A model generated the notes under the pieces. That model worked only from the letters and a program-made list of their open reading frames with translations, ran no database searches and was not told where the DNA came from. DNA of 64,000 nt from a virus (Duplodnaviria > Caudoviricetes), in the IMG/VR virus record IMGVR_UViG_3300008262_000201, positions 224 through 64,223 of that record, one strand, 5' to 3'. Below are positions 42,230-51,386 of this stretch, piece after piece. Position numbers and translations under genes: made by a program. Every line of letters starts with the position of its first letter. The stretch's first letter is position 1.

Positions 42230-43620
42230 TTAGATGCCTGCCGCAGTTAAACGACCTTCCAAATCTTCGATCTTCTGGAGAGCTTCCTGCAGCGCAGCGG
42301 TCAGCAGGGGCACCAGTTTGGATTGGTCAATGCCTTGGTAGACCGGGTTGCCGTCGTCGTCCACTTCATCTTTGGTGCCAGTGGCACACTCAGGAACAAT
42401 TTCCTGCGCTTCGTGAGCGATAAAGCCGTCAACGATCTTGTCTAGATCGGCAATAAAGTTAAACTGACTGGGCTTCAGTTTGTTAATGCGATCAATTGCA
42501 CCCCTTAATGGAACCACATTTTCCTTTAGCCGGTAGTCGGACGACGTCGCGTATGTTGTAGCCGTTGTGGTAATGCTAACTGTTCCAACCGGAGTTCCAC
42601 TAGTGCCGTTTGGGTTGGATGTATGGAAAAATGCCAGAACATTGCTGCCATTCCTGGAAATGCTTAACGCTCCTGCTGATGACGTTGCTTCTATTCCATA
42701 CCAACCGGTTGAGTTTGTTGCGGCCGTACTGGTTGTCATCAAGACGTCTTGGGTGTTCTTAATGACCATTGCCTGCGTCGGGCTGCTCGCTCCGTCGGCG
42801 GTAGTGGAGAACACTAAACGGCCCGGCATGTCGTTAGCGCCGGGGGTGCCGTCTACGACAGCTTCTATGGTTGCGCCCGATTTGTCTGCGCTTCCATCAA
42901 AACCATTAAACGTAAGACCGCTGAGATAATCTCCGTTTTGGACTATGGACGAACCACGTATTTTTGAGAAAGCAATCCCGCAGTTGGCATTGCTGTTCGA
43001 ATTATTTGTAAGGTGAATTGAACCTTGCTGATAATCACCCAGCGCCTGAATTGAAGGCGTTCCGTAGACTGCTGTGCTACGCGCAGAAGACGTGCCAACT
43101 AACAACCTGCCGGAGCTGTCGATGCGGGCGCGTTCTCCTGCTGATGTAGTGAAAGAAAATGCTCCAGAGCCAGAACCAATATTGAAATCGTATCTTGTTC
43201 CGCTGTCAAAGTTATTTGCAATATCTAGATTATAACCATTCAGCCCATTTAGCCTAAACAAGCTGGCGCCTGTGCTTTCAAAGACGTTTAATCTAGTTGC
43301 AGGACTCGTAGTGCCAATCCCTACGTTGCCTGTGTTGGATACATGCAGTCGCGTTGTAGTATTAACAACATCAACAATTTGGAAACTTCCGTCGCTTGCG
43401 TTATAACGATTATACCATTTGAGAGCATTATCTTCAGCGTAAGCGAGCGTTGTATTTGTACCGGCAGCAGAATTAAGGTGCAATAAAGTTTGTGGGCTAC
43501 TGGTCCCCAGACCTAAGCGGCCACTGGAGTCCAGGCGCATGCGCTCGGCGCCACCTGCGCCAAACTGCATACTTTCAGAGCCAACTGCAGTGAGCACAAG
43601 CCTTCCGGCCGCCGATCACT
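42230..43620 (-). CDS. tail fibre distal part with peptidase S74 intramolecular chaperone
   Basis: ER.R.DSSGR.G.GT.SP repeats; SDYRLKEN..GFIAHE.QE..P..DQSKLVPLL; out of frame with 43513-44184. Confidence 0.85.
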
Positions 43621-44184
43621 CGCATCAACAAACAACCGCCCAGTGCCACCTGTGCTAATGGCCACTTGATCTGCGCCGGGGGAGTAGATGCCTGTGTTGG
43701 GGTCAGAAACAAAACTAATCGATGGATTTGCTGCAGTACCCGCCGCAAATACACCCGATGTAATGGTATGAGTACCACCACTGATATTAGTGAAGTTACC
43801 GCTAGTAAAGTTTGCAGTGGTACCAGTAACAGTAACACCTGAAATTTGAGTACTAAAAACACCGGATACAAAATTAGCGGTTGTGCCAGATGTCGTTGTT
43901 CCTGTTAATGAGGTAAAACTACCGGTCGTATAAGTTGCTGTTGTTCCCTGAAGAGTAGTACCCGTTAACGAAACAAACGTTCCGCTGGTAAACTGCGCGG
44001 TTGTTCCAGTAACGGTAACACCTGAAATTGTTTGGCCTCGTACGGTATTACCAGAGATAGTTCCGGTTACTGTTACGTTTCCTGTAAAAGTAGGATTCTG
44101 AACTAACCCAGAAATTGTAACGCTCTTATCAACACCAGCATCGGTGAAAGTAATTGTATCAACTTTAATAGTGCCGTACGCCAT
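43513..44184 (-). CDS. tail fibre proximal part (frameshifted against the distal part)
   Basis: MAYGTIKVD..., TG repeats, G.AA.PSI.F..DPNTGIY.PGADQ.A..T.G..RL. Confidence 0.8.
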   Translation of the reverse strand: MAYGTIKVDTITFTDAGVDKSVTISGLVQNPTFTGNVTVTGTISGNTVRGQTISGVTVTGTTAQFTSGTFVSLTGTTLQGTTATYTTGSFTSLTGTTTSGTTANFVSGVFSTQISGVTVTGTTANFTSGNFTNISGGTHTITSGVFAAGTAANPSISFVSDPNTGIYSPGADQVAISTGGTGRLFVDASDRRPEGLCSLQLALKVCSLAQVAPSACAWTPVAA

Positions 44185-44220
44185 TTTGTTGTCTCTTTTT
44201 GTTTATTTTAGCCGAGAAAA

Positions 44221-46017
44221 TTACGGAAGAATAATTAGTGGGCCTTGGATTACAAACCCACTTGCGCTACCGGAAACAACGCCAGAACATACGATGGCTG
44301 GGGTTGCTCCAGAAGGTGTGGTTACTCTTAACGTCGATCCTGTAATTGACGTAAAAGTACCCGTTGTGCTGCTAACAGTTACTGCATTAACTGATGTGCC
44401 GGTAACCGTAGCGCTTGAAATACTGGTTGCAAAGTTAGCAGTGTTACCTGTAACAGTCGTACCAGAGAGATAAGTAAATATTCCACTAGGTGAAACAACA
44501 TTACTTCCACTGATTGTTCCCGAAGAAACAATGCCCCCTGTGGAAAAAATGCCTGTACCTAATACCGATAAGTTACCGGAAACAACGGTGTTAACAAAAA
44601 CAATGTTTGTAAAAACACCAGATACGGCCGAAATTAATCCGGCTTGCATAGTGTCGCCGGTAATAACAGCTCCACTTACAGTCTGGAATCTTCCTGACGT
44701 ACTTAAAACAGTATTGCCAGTGATTGTGGCACCGGACACACTAGTGGTAAATGTACCGACTTGACCCGTTAAGTTTGTTGCAAGTACTGTGTTACCGGTA
44801 ACGGTGGCACCTGAAACACTAGTAGTACCAATGACTGTAACGCCTGTGACATTTGTAAATTGACCTGCGTTACCAGTGACCGTTGCGCCAGAAACACTGG
44901 TAGTGCCAATGACGGTGGCGCCTGTGACCGTCGTAAATTGTCCGGCATTACCTGTTACTGTCGTACCCGACACTCTGCCAAAGTTACCGGTAACCGAAGT
45001 GACAGTCCCTGCGTTAACAACGGTACCTGTAACAGTTGCCCCTGATAAGTTTGTAAACGAACCAGAAACTCCCGTTATTGTTCCAAAGTTACCAGCATCT
45101 CCTGTAATTGTTTGACCGGAAATAACCTGGGTAAATACACCAGAAATTCCACTGACATTACCAAAAGCACCCGTATTGCCGGTTACTGTTGCTCCCGAAA
45201 CACGTGTAGTGAATGTTCCGGAAACACCAGTAGCGTTAGATACTAAAAGTGTATTGCCCGTAATTGTGGCACCTGATACCTGATTAGTAAAAACCCCTGA
45301 AACACCAGAGACTGTTGAGAATTGTGCAGTAATTCCAGTGACTGTTGTTCCTGATAAGGTCCCAGTGACACGTACGCTGCTTGCAAATTGTGCAATACCC
45401 GTGACGGTTAGTCCACTTGCAACAGATAAGTTTCCGCTGACGTCAAGAATGGGTGTTCCTAAAACTTGGAACGTACCGGTGGTTGCGGCAACGGTTGTTC
45501 CTGTGAATGTAGTACCTGTTACGTTGGTAAACGTGCCGTTTGTAAAGAAAGCACTAACACCACTTGTTGTGGTACCAGTAAGACTTGTAAAGTTTCCCGT
45601 TGAGAAAGACGCAGTAGCTCCTGTCGCCAAAGTTGTGAAGGTACCTGTTACTGCATTGACTTGAGTACCTTGAATAAAGGTGCCTGTTACGGTGTTGCCA
45701 CTGATCGTACCGCTGACAGTGGCATTGTTTTGAACAACAATTCCACTAAACGTACTAAGGCCAGACGCAGTTACCGTATTAAAACTGGAGTTGCCACTTA
45801 CTGTTAAGTTGCCAGTGATAGTGACGTTACCGCTAATTAAAGCGCCACTGCCAGGGGCGTAATATAAATCGAGATAATCCCTGAATTGAGAAAAGGTAAT
45901 TTTTTTGTTGCGCAGTGACGGGTCCACCTCAAAAACGTGGACCAGGGTCATGACATCCTGATCTACAATTTCGCCTGCTGCAATTGCAGGAAATTCGGTA
46001 ATACGGCGGTTTGCCAC
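44221..46017 (-). CDS. Thr/Gly/Ser/Val-repeat fibre protein
   Basis: Repeats such as VSGATVTGN; MANRRITEFP N-terminus. Confidence 0.85.
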   Translation of the reverse strand: MANRRITEFPAIAAGEIVDQDVMTLVHVFEVDPSLRNKKITFSQFRDYLDLYYAPGSGALISGNVTITGNLTVSGNSSFNTVTASGLSTFSGIVVQNNATVSGTISGNTVTGTFIQGTQVNAVTGTFTTLATGATASFSTGNFTSLTGTTTSGVSAFFTNGTFTNVTGTTFTGTTVAATTGTFQVLGTPILDVSGNLSVASGLTVTGIAQFASSVRVTGTLSGTTVTGITAQFSTVSGVSGVFTNQVSGATITGNTLLVSNATGVSGTFTTRVSGATVTGNTGAFGNVSGISGVFTQVISGQTITGDAGNFGTITGVSGSFTNLSGATVTGTVVNAGTVTSVTGNFGRVSGTTVTGNAGQFTTVTGATVIGTTSVSGATVTGNAGQFTNVTGVTVIGTTSVSGATVTGNTVLATNLTGQVGTFTTSVSGATITGNTVLSTSGRFQTVSGAVITGDTMQAGLISAVSGVFTNIVFVNTVVSGNLSVLGTGIFSTGGIVSSGTISGSNVVSPSGIFTYLSGTTVTGNTANFATSISSATVTGTSVNAVTVSSTTGTFTSITGSTLRVTTPSGATPAIVCSGVVSGSASGFVIQGPLIILP

Positions 46018-46060
46018 CTATCTACTGCGCAATTCTTTCCTTTATTATAGTGCGGCTTAT

Positions 46061-46357
46061 TTAGCGTACCCTAATCTCAAGACGTGGCAATAAATTAGTA
46101 CCTAAGTACCAAAGCCCTTGAATTCCTGTTACAATTCCACAGGAAAGCAGCAGTACCAACAGCAATTCTGCTACGGTTAAATTACGCCGCACATACACAA
46201 CTTGCGGTGGAATATCCATAGGTAATCGCTGGGGTACTGTTTGTTGGATGGCTAGCTCCATGGCACGTGCTTTCATTTCAGCCAACATCTCAGGAGTAAT
46301 CTGTCCTTCCAGAGTCTGTTGCATGGGAGGTTGGCTAGGTGGAATTTGCTCTTCCAT
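46061..46357 (-). CDS. membrane protein
   Basis: C-terminal TM segment ELLLVLLLSCGIVTG. Confidence 0.6.
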   Translation of the reverse strand: MEEQIPPSQPPMQQTLEGQITPEMLAEMKARAMELAIQQTVPQRLPMDIPPQVVYVRRNLTVAELLLVLLLSCGIVTGIQGLWYLGTNLLPRLEIRVR

Positions 46358-46408
46358 GATCACAAAGTTGTTTACAAAAGACTAGCATTTAATTGATCGG
46401 AGTGCAGC

Positions 46409-46819
46409 ATGCCGTACGGACTACGCAAAGGCTTGGAAGACATTGCCTACGAACTAAAAGGAATCAGGAATATCCTTGGTTCCATGTGGCATAGTCGGTA
46501 CTCAAACGCTGAAACCGATATTGCCAATCCCGAAATGTTTGCAGATGAATACATTTCGACAGAAGAATGCGGCAAGCGTCTAGGTGTCTCCGATCAAACC
46601 ATCCGCAACTGGATTGCAATCGGTAGAAAAAACCCTGATAAAGGCTGGGTAGAAGGCATTCATTATGTCAACGTTTCTCCCGACGTCCACAAAAAAGCAG
46701 TCTTGCGTATTCCATGGAATCGCCTCATTCAATCCTTTGCTAAAAACGAAAACATCAATCTTAAAAACCTGCGTGCGCAGTATCACTTATACCATGCAAC
46801 CAAAGAGGTTCTTGAGTGA
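46409..46819 (+). CDS. excisionase-like HTH DNA-binding protein
   Basis: YISTEECGKRLGVSDQTIRNWI...EGIHY. Confidence 0.75.
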   Translation: MPYGLRKGLEDIAYELKGIRNILGSMWHSRYSNAETDIANPEMFADEYISTEECGKRLGVSDQTIRNWIAIGRKNPDKGWVEGIHYVNVSPDVHKKAVLRIPWNRLIQSFAKNENINLKNLRAQYHLYHATKEVLE

Positions 46820-47286
46820 TGGCACATCGTTTCAAGGGAATTGATATCGATGCCATTACTATCGATAACCATGAGGAGCTACTGCCCAAATCCCTGGCAG
46901 ATCAAGTGGAAATGTTCTTGCCACCCTGGGGTTCCTTCGATGATGGTTGCTTGCGTCGCTACCTAGAAAACTTAAAAAACTATGAAGAAGAGGATGCCAA
47001 CTCTGGTATGACCTTGGCCAATCGATTACGACTGGCATTCAAAGATCTGAACCCAGATACAATCTGCGGTAAATTTCCACAAGCGGAGTTGCCTCTTAAA
47101 CGTCGGTTGCGATGTGTTGCCGAGTATTTGATCAGGTCCGGAGAATTTGATAAGGTGCGAGATGAGCAAGGAAAACTCTGCAAAAAACGCGGCGTGCTTG
47201 GCAAGTTGGTTGTCTTGTACCAGCCAACTCCAAAGCTGTTAGAATCTCTGCATCGTCAAGGGTTGTTAAAAAGTGGATCGCCGTGA
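46819..47286 (+). CDS. hypothetical protein
   Basis: About 155-aa coupled ORF. Confidence 0.7.
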   Translation: MAHRFKGIDIDAITIDNHEELLPKSLADQVEMFLPPWGSFDDGCLRRYLENLKNYEEEDANSGMTLANRLRLAFKDLNPDTICGKFPQAELPLKRRLRCVAEYLIRSGEFDKVRDEQGKLCKKRGVLGKLVVLYQPTPKLLESLHRQGLLKSGSP

Positions 47287-47662
47287 GAAATTAATTGCGT
47301 CAGTCATTGGTCCTGAGCTAGACGAGACCAAGGCAAAAATGCTTGATACCACTGTCAAGCTCATCCTTGGGGACATGGGTGCACAGTACGTTAAGTTTTG
47401 GGATGCAGAGGGTCCTGGCGTCTTGGTATTCCAGCCTGACAATAAAGAGCGCTCTATATTCTTTTGGACGTTAAAAGAAATTCACGCAGCAGAAGAAGAT
47501 TGCGAACATAACAATAACGGTGATCTTGCCGAAACCTTACGACGCATCCTTGGGGCAGCACAAAAGATTGATCCAATGGAGAAGGCAGGGTATATCATCA
47601 ATGATGACAAGGGTCTTCGCTATTTGGAAATAGCGTATAACGACATCGTTAACAATGACTGA
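47273..47662 (+). CDS. hypothetical protein
   Basis: 129-aa coupled ORF. Confidence 0.7.
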   Translation: MDRREKLIASVIGPELDETKAKMLDTTVKLILGDMGAQYVKFWDAEGPGVLVFQPDNKERSIFFWTLKEIHAAEEDCEHNNNGDLAETLRRILGAAQKIDPMEKAGYIINDDKGLRYLEIAYNDIVNND

Positions 47663-48254
47663 GAAAGGTATTCGCGGCGTATCTGCCAGGGTTGAAGGTG
47701 CAGAACTTATCACCAACGCAGACTTGGTGCATGCTGCCAACGAACTTTTAGGCGGCATTGACTTGGATGTGGCTAGCTCCAAAGTTGCCAATGAGTACGT
47801 ACAAGCGACTGAGTACTACACGCCTGTGGATGATGGGTTAAATAATCAACAATGGTACGGAAGCTGCTATTTGTTTCCACCAGCGGGATCATACTTCTGG
47901 GACCAAAAGAACCAACGGTGGAAGATGACACGCGCTTCGTCGCTGACGTTGACTTCTTCGCATGCCGTATGGTTCCGTCGAATGTACCATGCATGGCTGG
48001 CGGACGAGATTGAGCAAGGGCTTTACTTCAGTAACTGCCCTGACATGATTCGATACGAGCCAAAGATCTTTAAATTTCCTATGTGCGTTCTACGTACCGT
48101 CCCTTACCTGCTCCGTAATCTTGATGGGAATGTAGAGAAAAAACAAACGTGCACGTCTTTCTTGGTCTATCTGCCTCCCAAAGATCGCTCAGGAGATGCA
48201 GTAGAACACTTCTGTAAAATCTACGGCGAACGTGGCCATCTCCTTGTAGACTGA
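47655..48254 (+). CDS. phage Dam-like DNA adenine methyltransferase homolog (altered catalytic motif)
   Basis: IDLDVASS..AN..V.A..YYT..DDGL..Q.W.G..YLFPP. Confidence 0.7.
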   Translation: MTEKGIRGVSARVEGAELITNADLVHAANELLGGIDLDVASSKVANEYVQATEYYTPVDDGLNNQQWYGSCYLFPPAGSYFWDQKNQRWKMTRASSLTLTSSHAVWFRRMYHAWLADEIEQGLYFSNCPDMIRYEPKIFKFPMCVLRTVPYLLRNLDGNVEKKQTCTSFLVYLPPKDRSGDAVEHFCKIYGERGHLLVD

Positions 48255-48272
48255 ACAAGCTATTGAGGTCTT

Positions 48273-48860
48273 ATGAGCGTCCTGGCCGATTGGGAAATCA
48301 AAGAGCGTGCCGAGAAAGAACAAATGATCGAACCCTTTGTTGATCGTCTGATCAGCAAAGAAGATGGTCGGCGTTTGTTAAGTTATGGACTTAGCTCTTA
48401 CGGATATGACATTCGTTTGTCCCCTAGCCAGTGCCTAATCTTTGGTAAGATTCAAACCGGTGATTGCGATCCAAAGGCCTTTGACGAAAGTATTTTAAAG
48501 CCTGCGGAACTTCTGGAAGATGAACGCGGCAAATACTTTCTTCTTCCTCCGTATGGGTATTGTTTAGGCGTTGCACAAGAACGTTTGAAGTTGCCTCGTG
48601 ATGTCACTGTTGTTGCAGTTGGTAAATCGACGTACGCACGCTCAGGAATTCTAGTTAACATCACGCCCGCTGAAAGTGGGTGGGAAGGTTACCTGACGCT
48701 TGAAATCAGTAATTGCACTGGTTTATTCAATCGTGTCTATGCAAACGAAGGTATCACTCAACTGCTTTTCTACCGTGGCAATCCTTGTGAAGTCAGCTAC
48801 CAAGATCGGAAAGGTAAGTATCAAGACCAACCAAATACTGTAGTTTTTCCACAGGTTTAA
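48273..48860 (+). CDS. dcd: dCTP deaminase
   Basis: SYGLSSYGYDIR, GKSTYARSG, P.E.GW.G.LTLE, YANEGI.Q, GKYQ.Q. Confidence 0.95.
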   Translation: MSVLADWEIKERAEKEQMIEPFVDRLISKEDGRRLLSYGLSSYGYDIRLSPSQCLIFGKIQTGDCDPKAFDESILKPAELLEDERGKYFLLPPYGYCLGVAQERLKLPRDVTVVAVGKSTYARSGILVNITPAESGWEGYLTLEISNCTGLFNRVYANEGITQLLFYRGNPCEVSYQDRKGKYQDQPNTVVFPQV

Positions 48861-49180
48861 CTACGTCCAAACGATTGTTTGGGTTTGTCTGCATACGCGG
48901 TAGATCCTGCACGCCCACCACTGTCACCAGCCGTGGCACTGGTGGGTTCGTTAATCAGTTGGTTCTTTTGATATTTGCCAGCAGCACGTGCACTCTTCAT
49001 GAAGCGGTCAACGCGTGCCACTGCTCCTTTTGACGCGGAACCAACGACACCTCGTTCTTGCGGTCGCACGTACCGCAAATCCACGTTGTAAGCTCTTCCA
49101 GGGTTCAGATCCGTTGGTACCCCAGCAGAAGTGCCGGAGTCCTTGGCTGCGTCGTAAGTCTCTGATCTAAACTTGCTCAT
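48857..49180 (-). CDS. hypothetical protein
   Basis: 107-aa ORF; TATAAT 6 nt upstream of the ATG. Confidence 0.65.
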   Translation of the reverse strand: MSKFRSETYDAAKDSGTSAGVPTDLNPGRAYNVDLRYVRPQERGVVGSASKGAVARVDRFMKSARAAGKYQKNQLINEPTSATAGDSGGRAGSTAYADKPKQSFGRS

Positions 49181-49217
49181 ACTATCATTATAGAAAGGAT
49201 ATATCGCTAAGAAAACA

Positions 49218-49583
49218 ATGCGGCCCTCAATGTTTTTGCAAGAGTTTGCAGCAAATAATGATCAAGTAAAGTGCCGTTGTATTGGCTTCGAGGATTTTGG
49301 TGCACCCCTTGATACCGTAGCCAACGACGTACCTCTTCAAGATATGTATAACACGGGTTTAGTCGCTCCCATGGATGGTATGCAACGTAACCCATTGAAT
49401 ATTGAAGGCCAAGGTTTGTACGGTCAGCGTCCAGGCTTAACGGGTTACATTCCTTCCATGGAAGAAGGCATGAAATTATATGGTGCCACTCCTAAGCCCC
49501 CTAGTATTCAAGGTGATATTGAGGGTGAGCCAGATGAGACAGAACTTCTGCTTTCCGCCAAACGCAAAGGCTTGCTGCGTTAA
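49218..49583 (+). CDS. hypothetical protein
   Basis: 121-aa ORF; start uncertain. Confidence 0.6.
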   Translation: MRPSMFLQEFAANNDQVKCRCIGFEDFGAPLDTVANDVPLQDMYNTGLVAPMDGMQRNPLNIEGQGLYGQRPGLTGYIPSMEEGMKLYGATPKPPSIQGDIEGEPDETELLLSAKRKGLLR

Positions 49584-49616
49584 ATTTGCTAGGCTGTCTC
49601 AGTCGGCATTTTTACA

Positions 49617-49943
49617 ATGGACATGTTCCCTCCTGTTGACGTAACCAATGGGTGCGTAGATGGCGTTTGTCCAGTACCCTGGGTTACTATTAAACCACTT
49701 GAAACAACGCCCACAATCAAAGAGGATGTCGTAAATCATCCTTCCCATTACACCGATGGGGGCATCGAATGCATCGAAGCCATTGAGGCGGCTTTAACCA
49801 ACGAAGAATTCCGTGGTTACTGCAAGGGAAATAACATAAAGTATATTTGGCGTGAGCGCCACAAAGGCGAGACAGAATCACTGAAGAAAGCACAGTGGTA
49901 CCTAGATCGTCTTATTCAATTGGACGAAAGTCAAAAGGGATGA
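49617..49943 (+). CDS. DUF3310 (T7 gp1.7-like nucleotide kinase family) protein
   Basis: VNHPSHY..GGIECIEAI...GN.IKY.WR...K...LKKA.WYL. Confidence 0.9.
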   Translation: MDMFPPVDVTNGCVDGVCPVPWVTIKPLETTPTIKEDVVNHPSHYTDGGIECIEAIEAALTNEEFRGYCKGNNIKYIWRERHKGETESLKKAQWYLDRLIQLDESQKG

Positions 49944-50227
49944 GCGTAGTGTAAATCGTCGTCATCGTCCGACTCGTCCTGCATACAAGCCAGGGCGAGT
50001 TCACTAAGTTCCAACTCACTAGGCAGATCCCACTCGATATCAATCCCTTCAGAACACATGATTTCTTTAACGGCTGCCCATTCCATCATCCGTTGGAAAT
50101 ACAGGTTTAACAGTGCCGCCTGCAGTTCTTCCCAACACATCTCCTCTGTTTGCAGCTCAGCTTTACGCATGGCAAACTGAAGTTCTAAAGGTAATTCAAA
50201 CTCTTTACGTGTGGATTCGTTCTCCAT
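49931..50227 (-). CDS. nblA: NblA-like phycobilisome degradation protein with acidic tail
   Basis: ELPLELQF.MR......EM..EELQ..LL.LY.QRMM....VK.IM. Confidence 0.65.
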   Translation of the reverse strand: MENESTRKEFELPLELQFAMRKAELQTEEMCWEELQAALLNLYFQRMMEWAAVKEIMCSEGIDIEWDLPSELELSELALACMQDESDDDDDLHYAHPF

Positions 50228-50260
50228 GGAAAGCCTGAGTACTGCATTTATTCTAGGACG

Positions 50261-50890
50261 CTAGTCACTTGAAAAGGCAGAGGCGTCGTCAAGCTTGAAA
50301 CGGTTAGCAAATTCTGCAAGCGCATAGGGATTGATTGTCGCTTCCAAGGTTCGGATTGCTTCCGTCTCATGGGGCTTTGCACCATAGCTTCTGAACGCAC
50401 GCAGCAGTACGTCTGTGGCAACCCAAGGTTTGGCTTCAACCTCGGCAAGGAATAGGTTGATCTCTTCTCTGCGTCGTTCCAGGAGGCCACCGATGACTTG
50501 GTGATCTGCATCAAAGACCCACCGTGCAATTTCTTCTGTTACGCCAACGTAGTCATCGACTTCAAGACAGTCAATAATGGAGCTGTACAGAAAACTTTCC
50601 CAACCAACCGAATGACAGAACGAAAGTAATGCTTGGTGCATGCACTCGTCCAAGCCTAGGTTCAACTTCAGAAGTTCGGTGTTTAGAACGGTGAGTTCAT
50701 CGACAAGATACTCCAGGGCTTTGCGTTGTGTGCAGCACTGGGTTTTCTTTACAACACTGCCGTCAGGATAATACTGTGTACCAAATCCAATCGTGTATGG
50801 CTCTGCGCCTGTTTGAGGATCTGGATAAGCAAGTTCATTGAAACCTTCGTAACGACAAATTAAATCAATCGCTTGCTTGTAATTATCCAT
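50261..50890 (-). CDS. GH24 phage lysozyme
   Basis: YEG....AY.D.....YTIGFG, AL.SF..SVG, RW......GL..RR.EE..LF; start moved to ATG 50890. Confidence 0.88.
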   Translation of the reverse strand: MDNYKQAIDLICRYEGFNELAYPDPQTGAEPYTIGFGTQYYPDGSVVKKTQCCTQRKALEYLVDELTVLNTELLKLNLGLDECMHQALLSFCHSVGWESFLYSSIIDCLEVDDYVGVTEEIARWVFDADHQVIGGLLERRREEINLFLAEVEAKPWVATDVLLRAFRSYGAKPHETEAIRTLEATINPYALAEFANRFKLDDASAFSSD

Positions 50891-50927
50891 AGGGGTAACA
50901 AGTGTTACCCCCAAGTATACATAATTT

Positions 50928-51050
50928 TTACTTGCCTTGGCCGCGAGACAATTTACGTCCGTGGCTAGGACGTGAATGTTTGCCGTCGCCTTGACAAGTC
51001 TTCTTAGGCTTGGACTCAATCAGGATTGCGGTGGACTTGGGCTTTGCCAT
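50928..51050 (-). CDS. 40-aa basic conserved cyanophage peptide (not in ORF track)
   Basis: KPKKT.QG.G.HS.....K..RGQGK. Confidence 0.65.
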   Translation of the reverse strand: MAKPKSTAILIESKPKKTCQGDGKHSRPSHGRKLSRGQGK

Positions 51051-51087
51051 AGCGGTAAAAACTCAACGCGTTTATCTTAGCCGATCT

Positions 51088-51384
51088 TTACCATTTCGTT
51101 TTATGCGACCAGTACCTTGCTGACATCTTGTCAGGGTTGGAATCCTGGGCATTATGTCTGGCGTAATAAGATTTCTTACGTGCTTTATCCTTTGCTGTTG
51201 TTGGGTTTTTACCAGCGCCTTCTACGCCTTGTTGACCAAACCTAATGATTTTTTCCTCGCCTCCTTCACATGCTTTGACAACGTGTGACTTAGTTGCATG
51301 ACCAGGAGTTTTTCTTGGCTTGTTGCATTCCATGGAATCCTTGTGGATCTTGGCGGCACTAGCTGCTTTTTTGTGCTTACTCAT
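51088..51384 (-). CDS. conserved basic phage protein
   Basis: K.HVV....K.IRFGQQG...RKKSY.ARH...SA.YWS. Confidence 0.8.
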   Translation of the reverse strand: MSKHKKAASAAKIHKDSMECNKPRKTPGHATKSHVVKACEGGEEKIIRFGQQGVEGAGKNPTTAKDKARKKSYYARHNAQDSNPDKMSARYWSHKTKW

Positions 51385-51386
51385 GA

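Noticed and set aside
42230-44184. Diversity-generating retroelement acting on the tail fibre
   Set aside because: No reverse transcriptase and no template/variable repeat pair seen in the window
44144-45664. Plus-strand Val/Pro/Thr-rich ORFs
   Set aside because: Antisense shadows of the Thr/Gly repeat fibre genes
46409-46819. Evidence for lysogeny from the excisionase-like HTH
   Set aside because: No integrase, repressor or att site in the window, and PolA is the Tyr762 type
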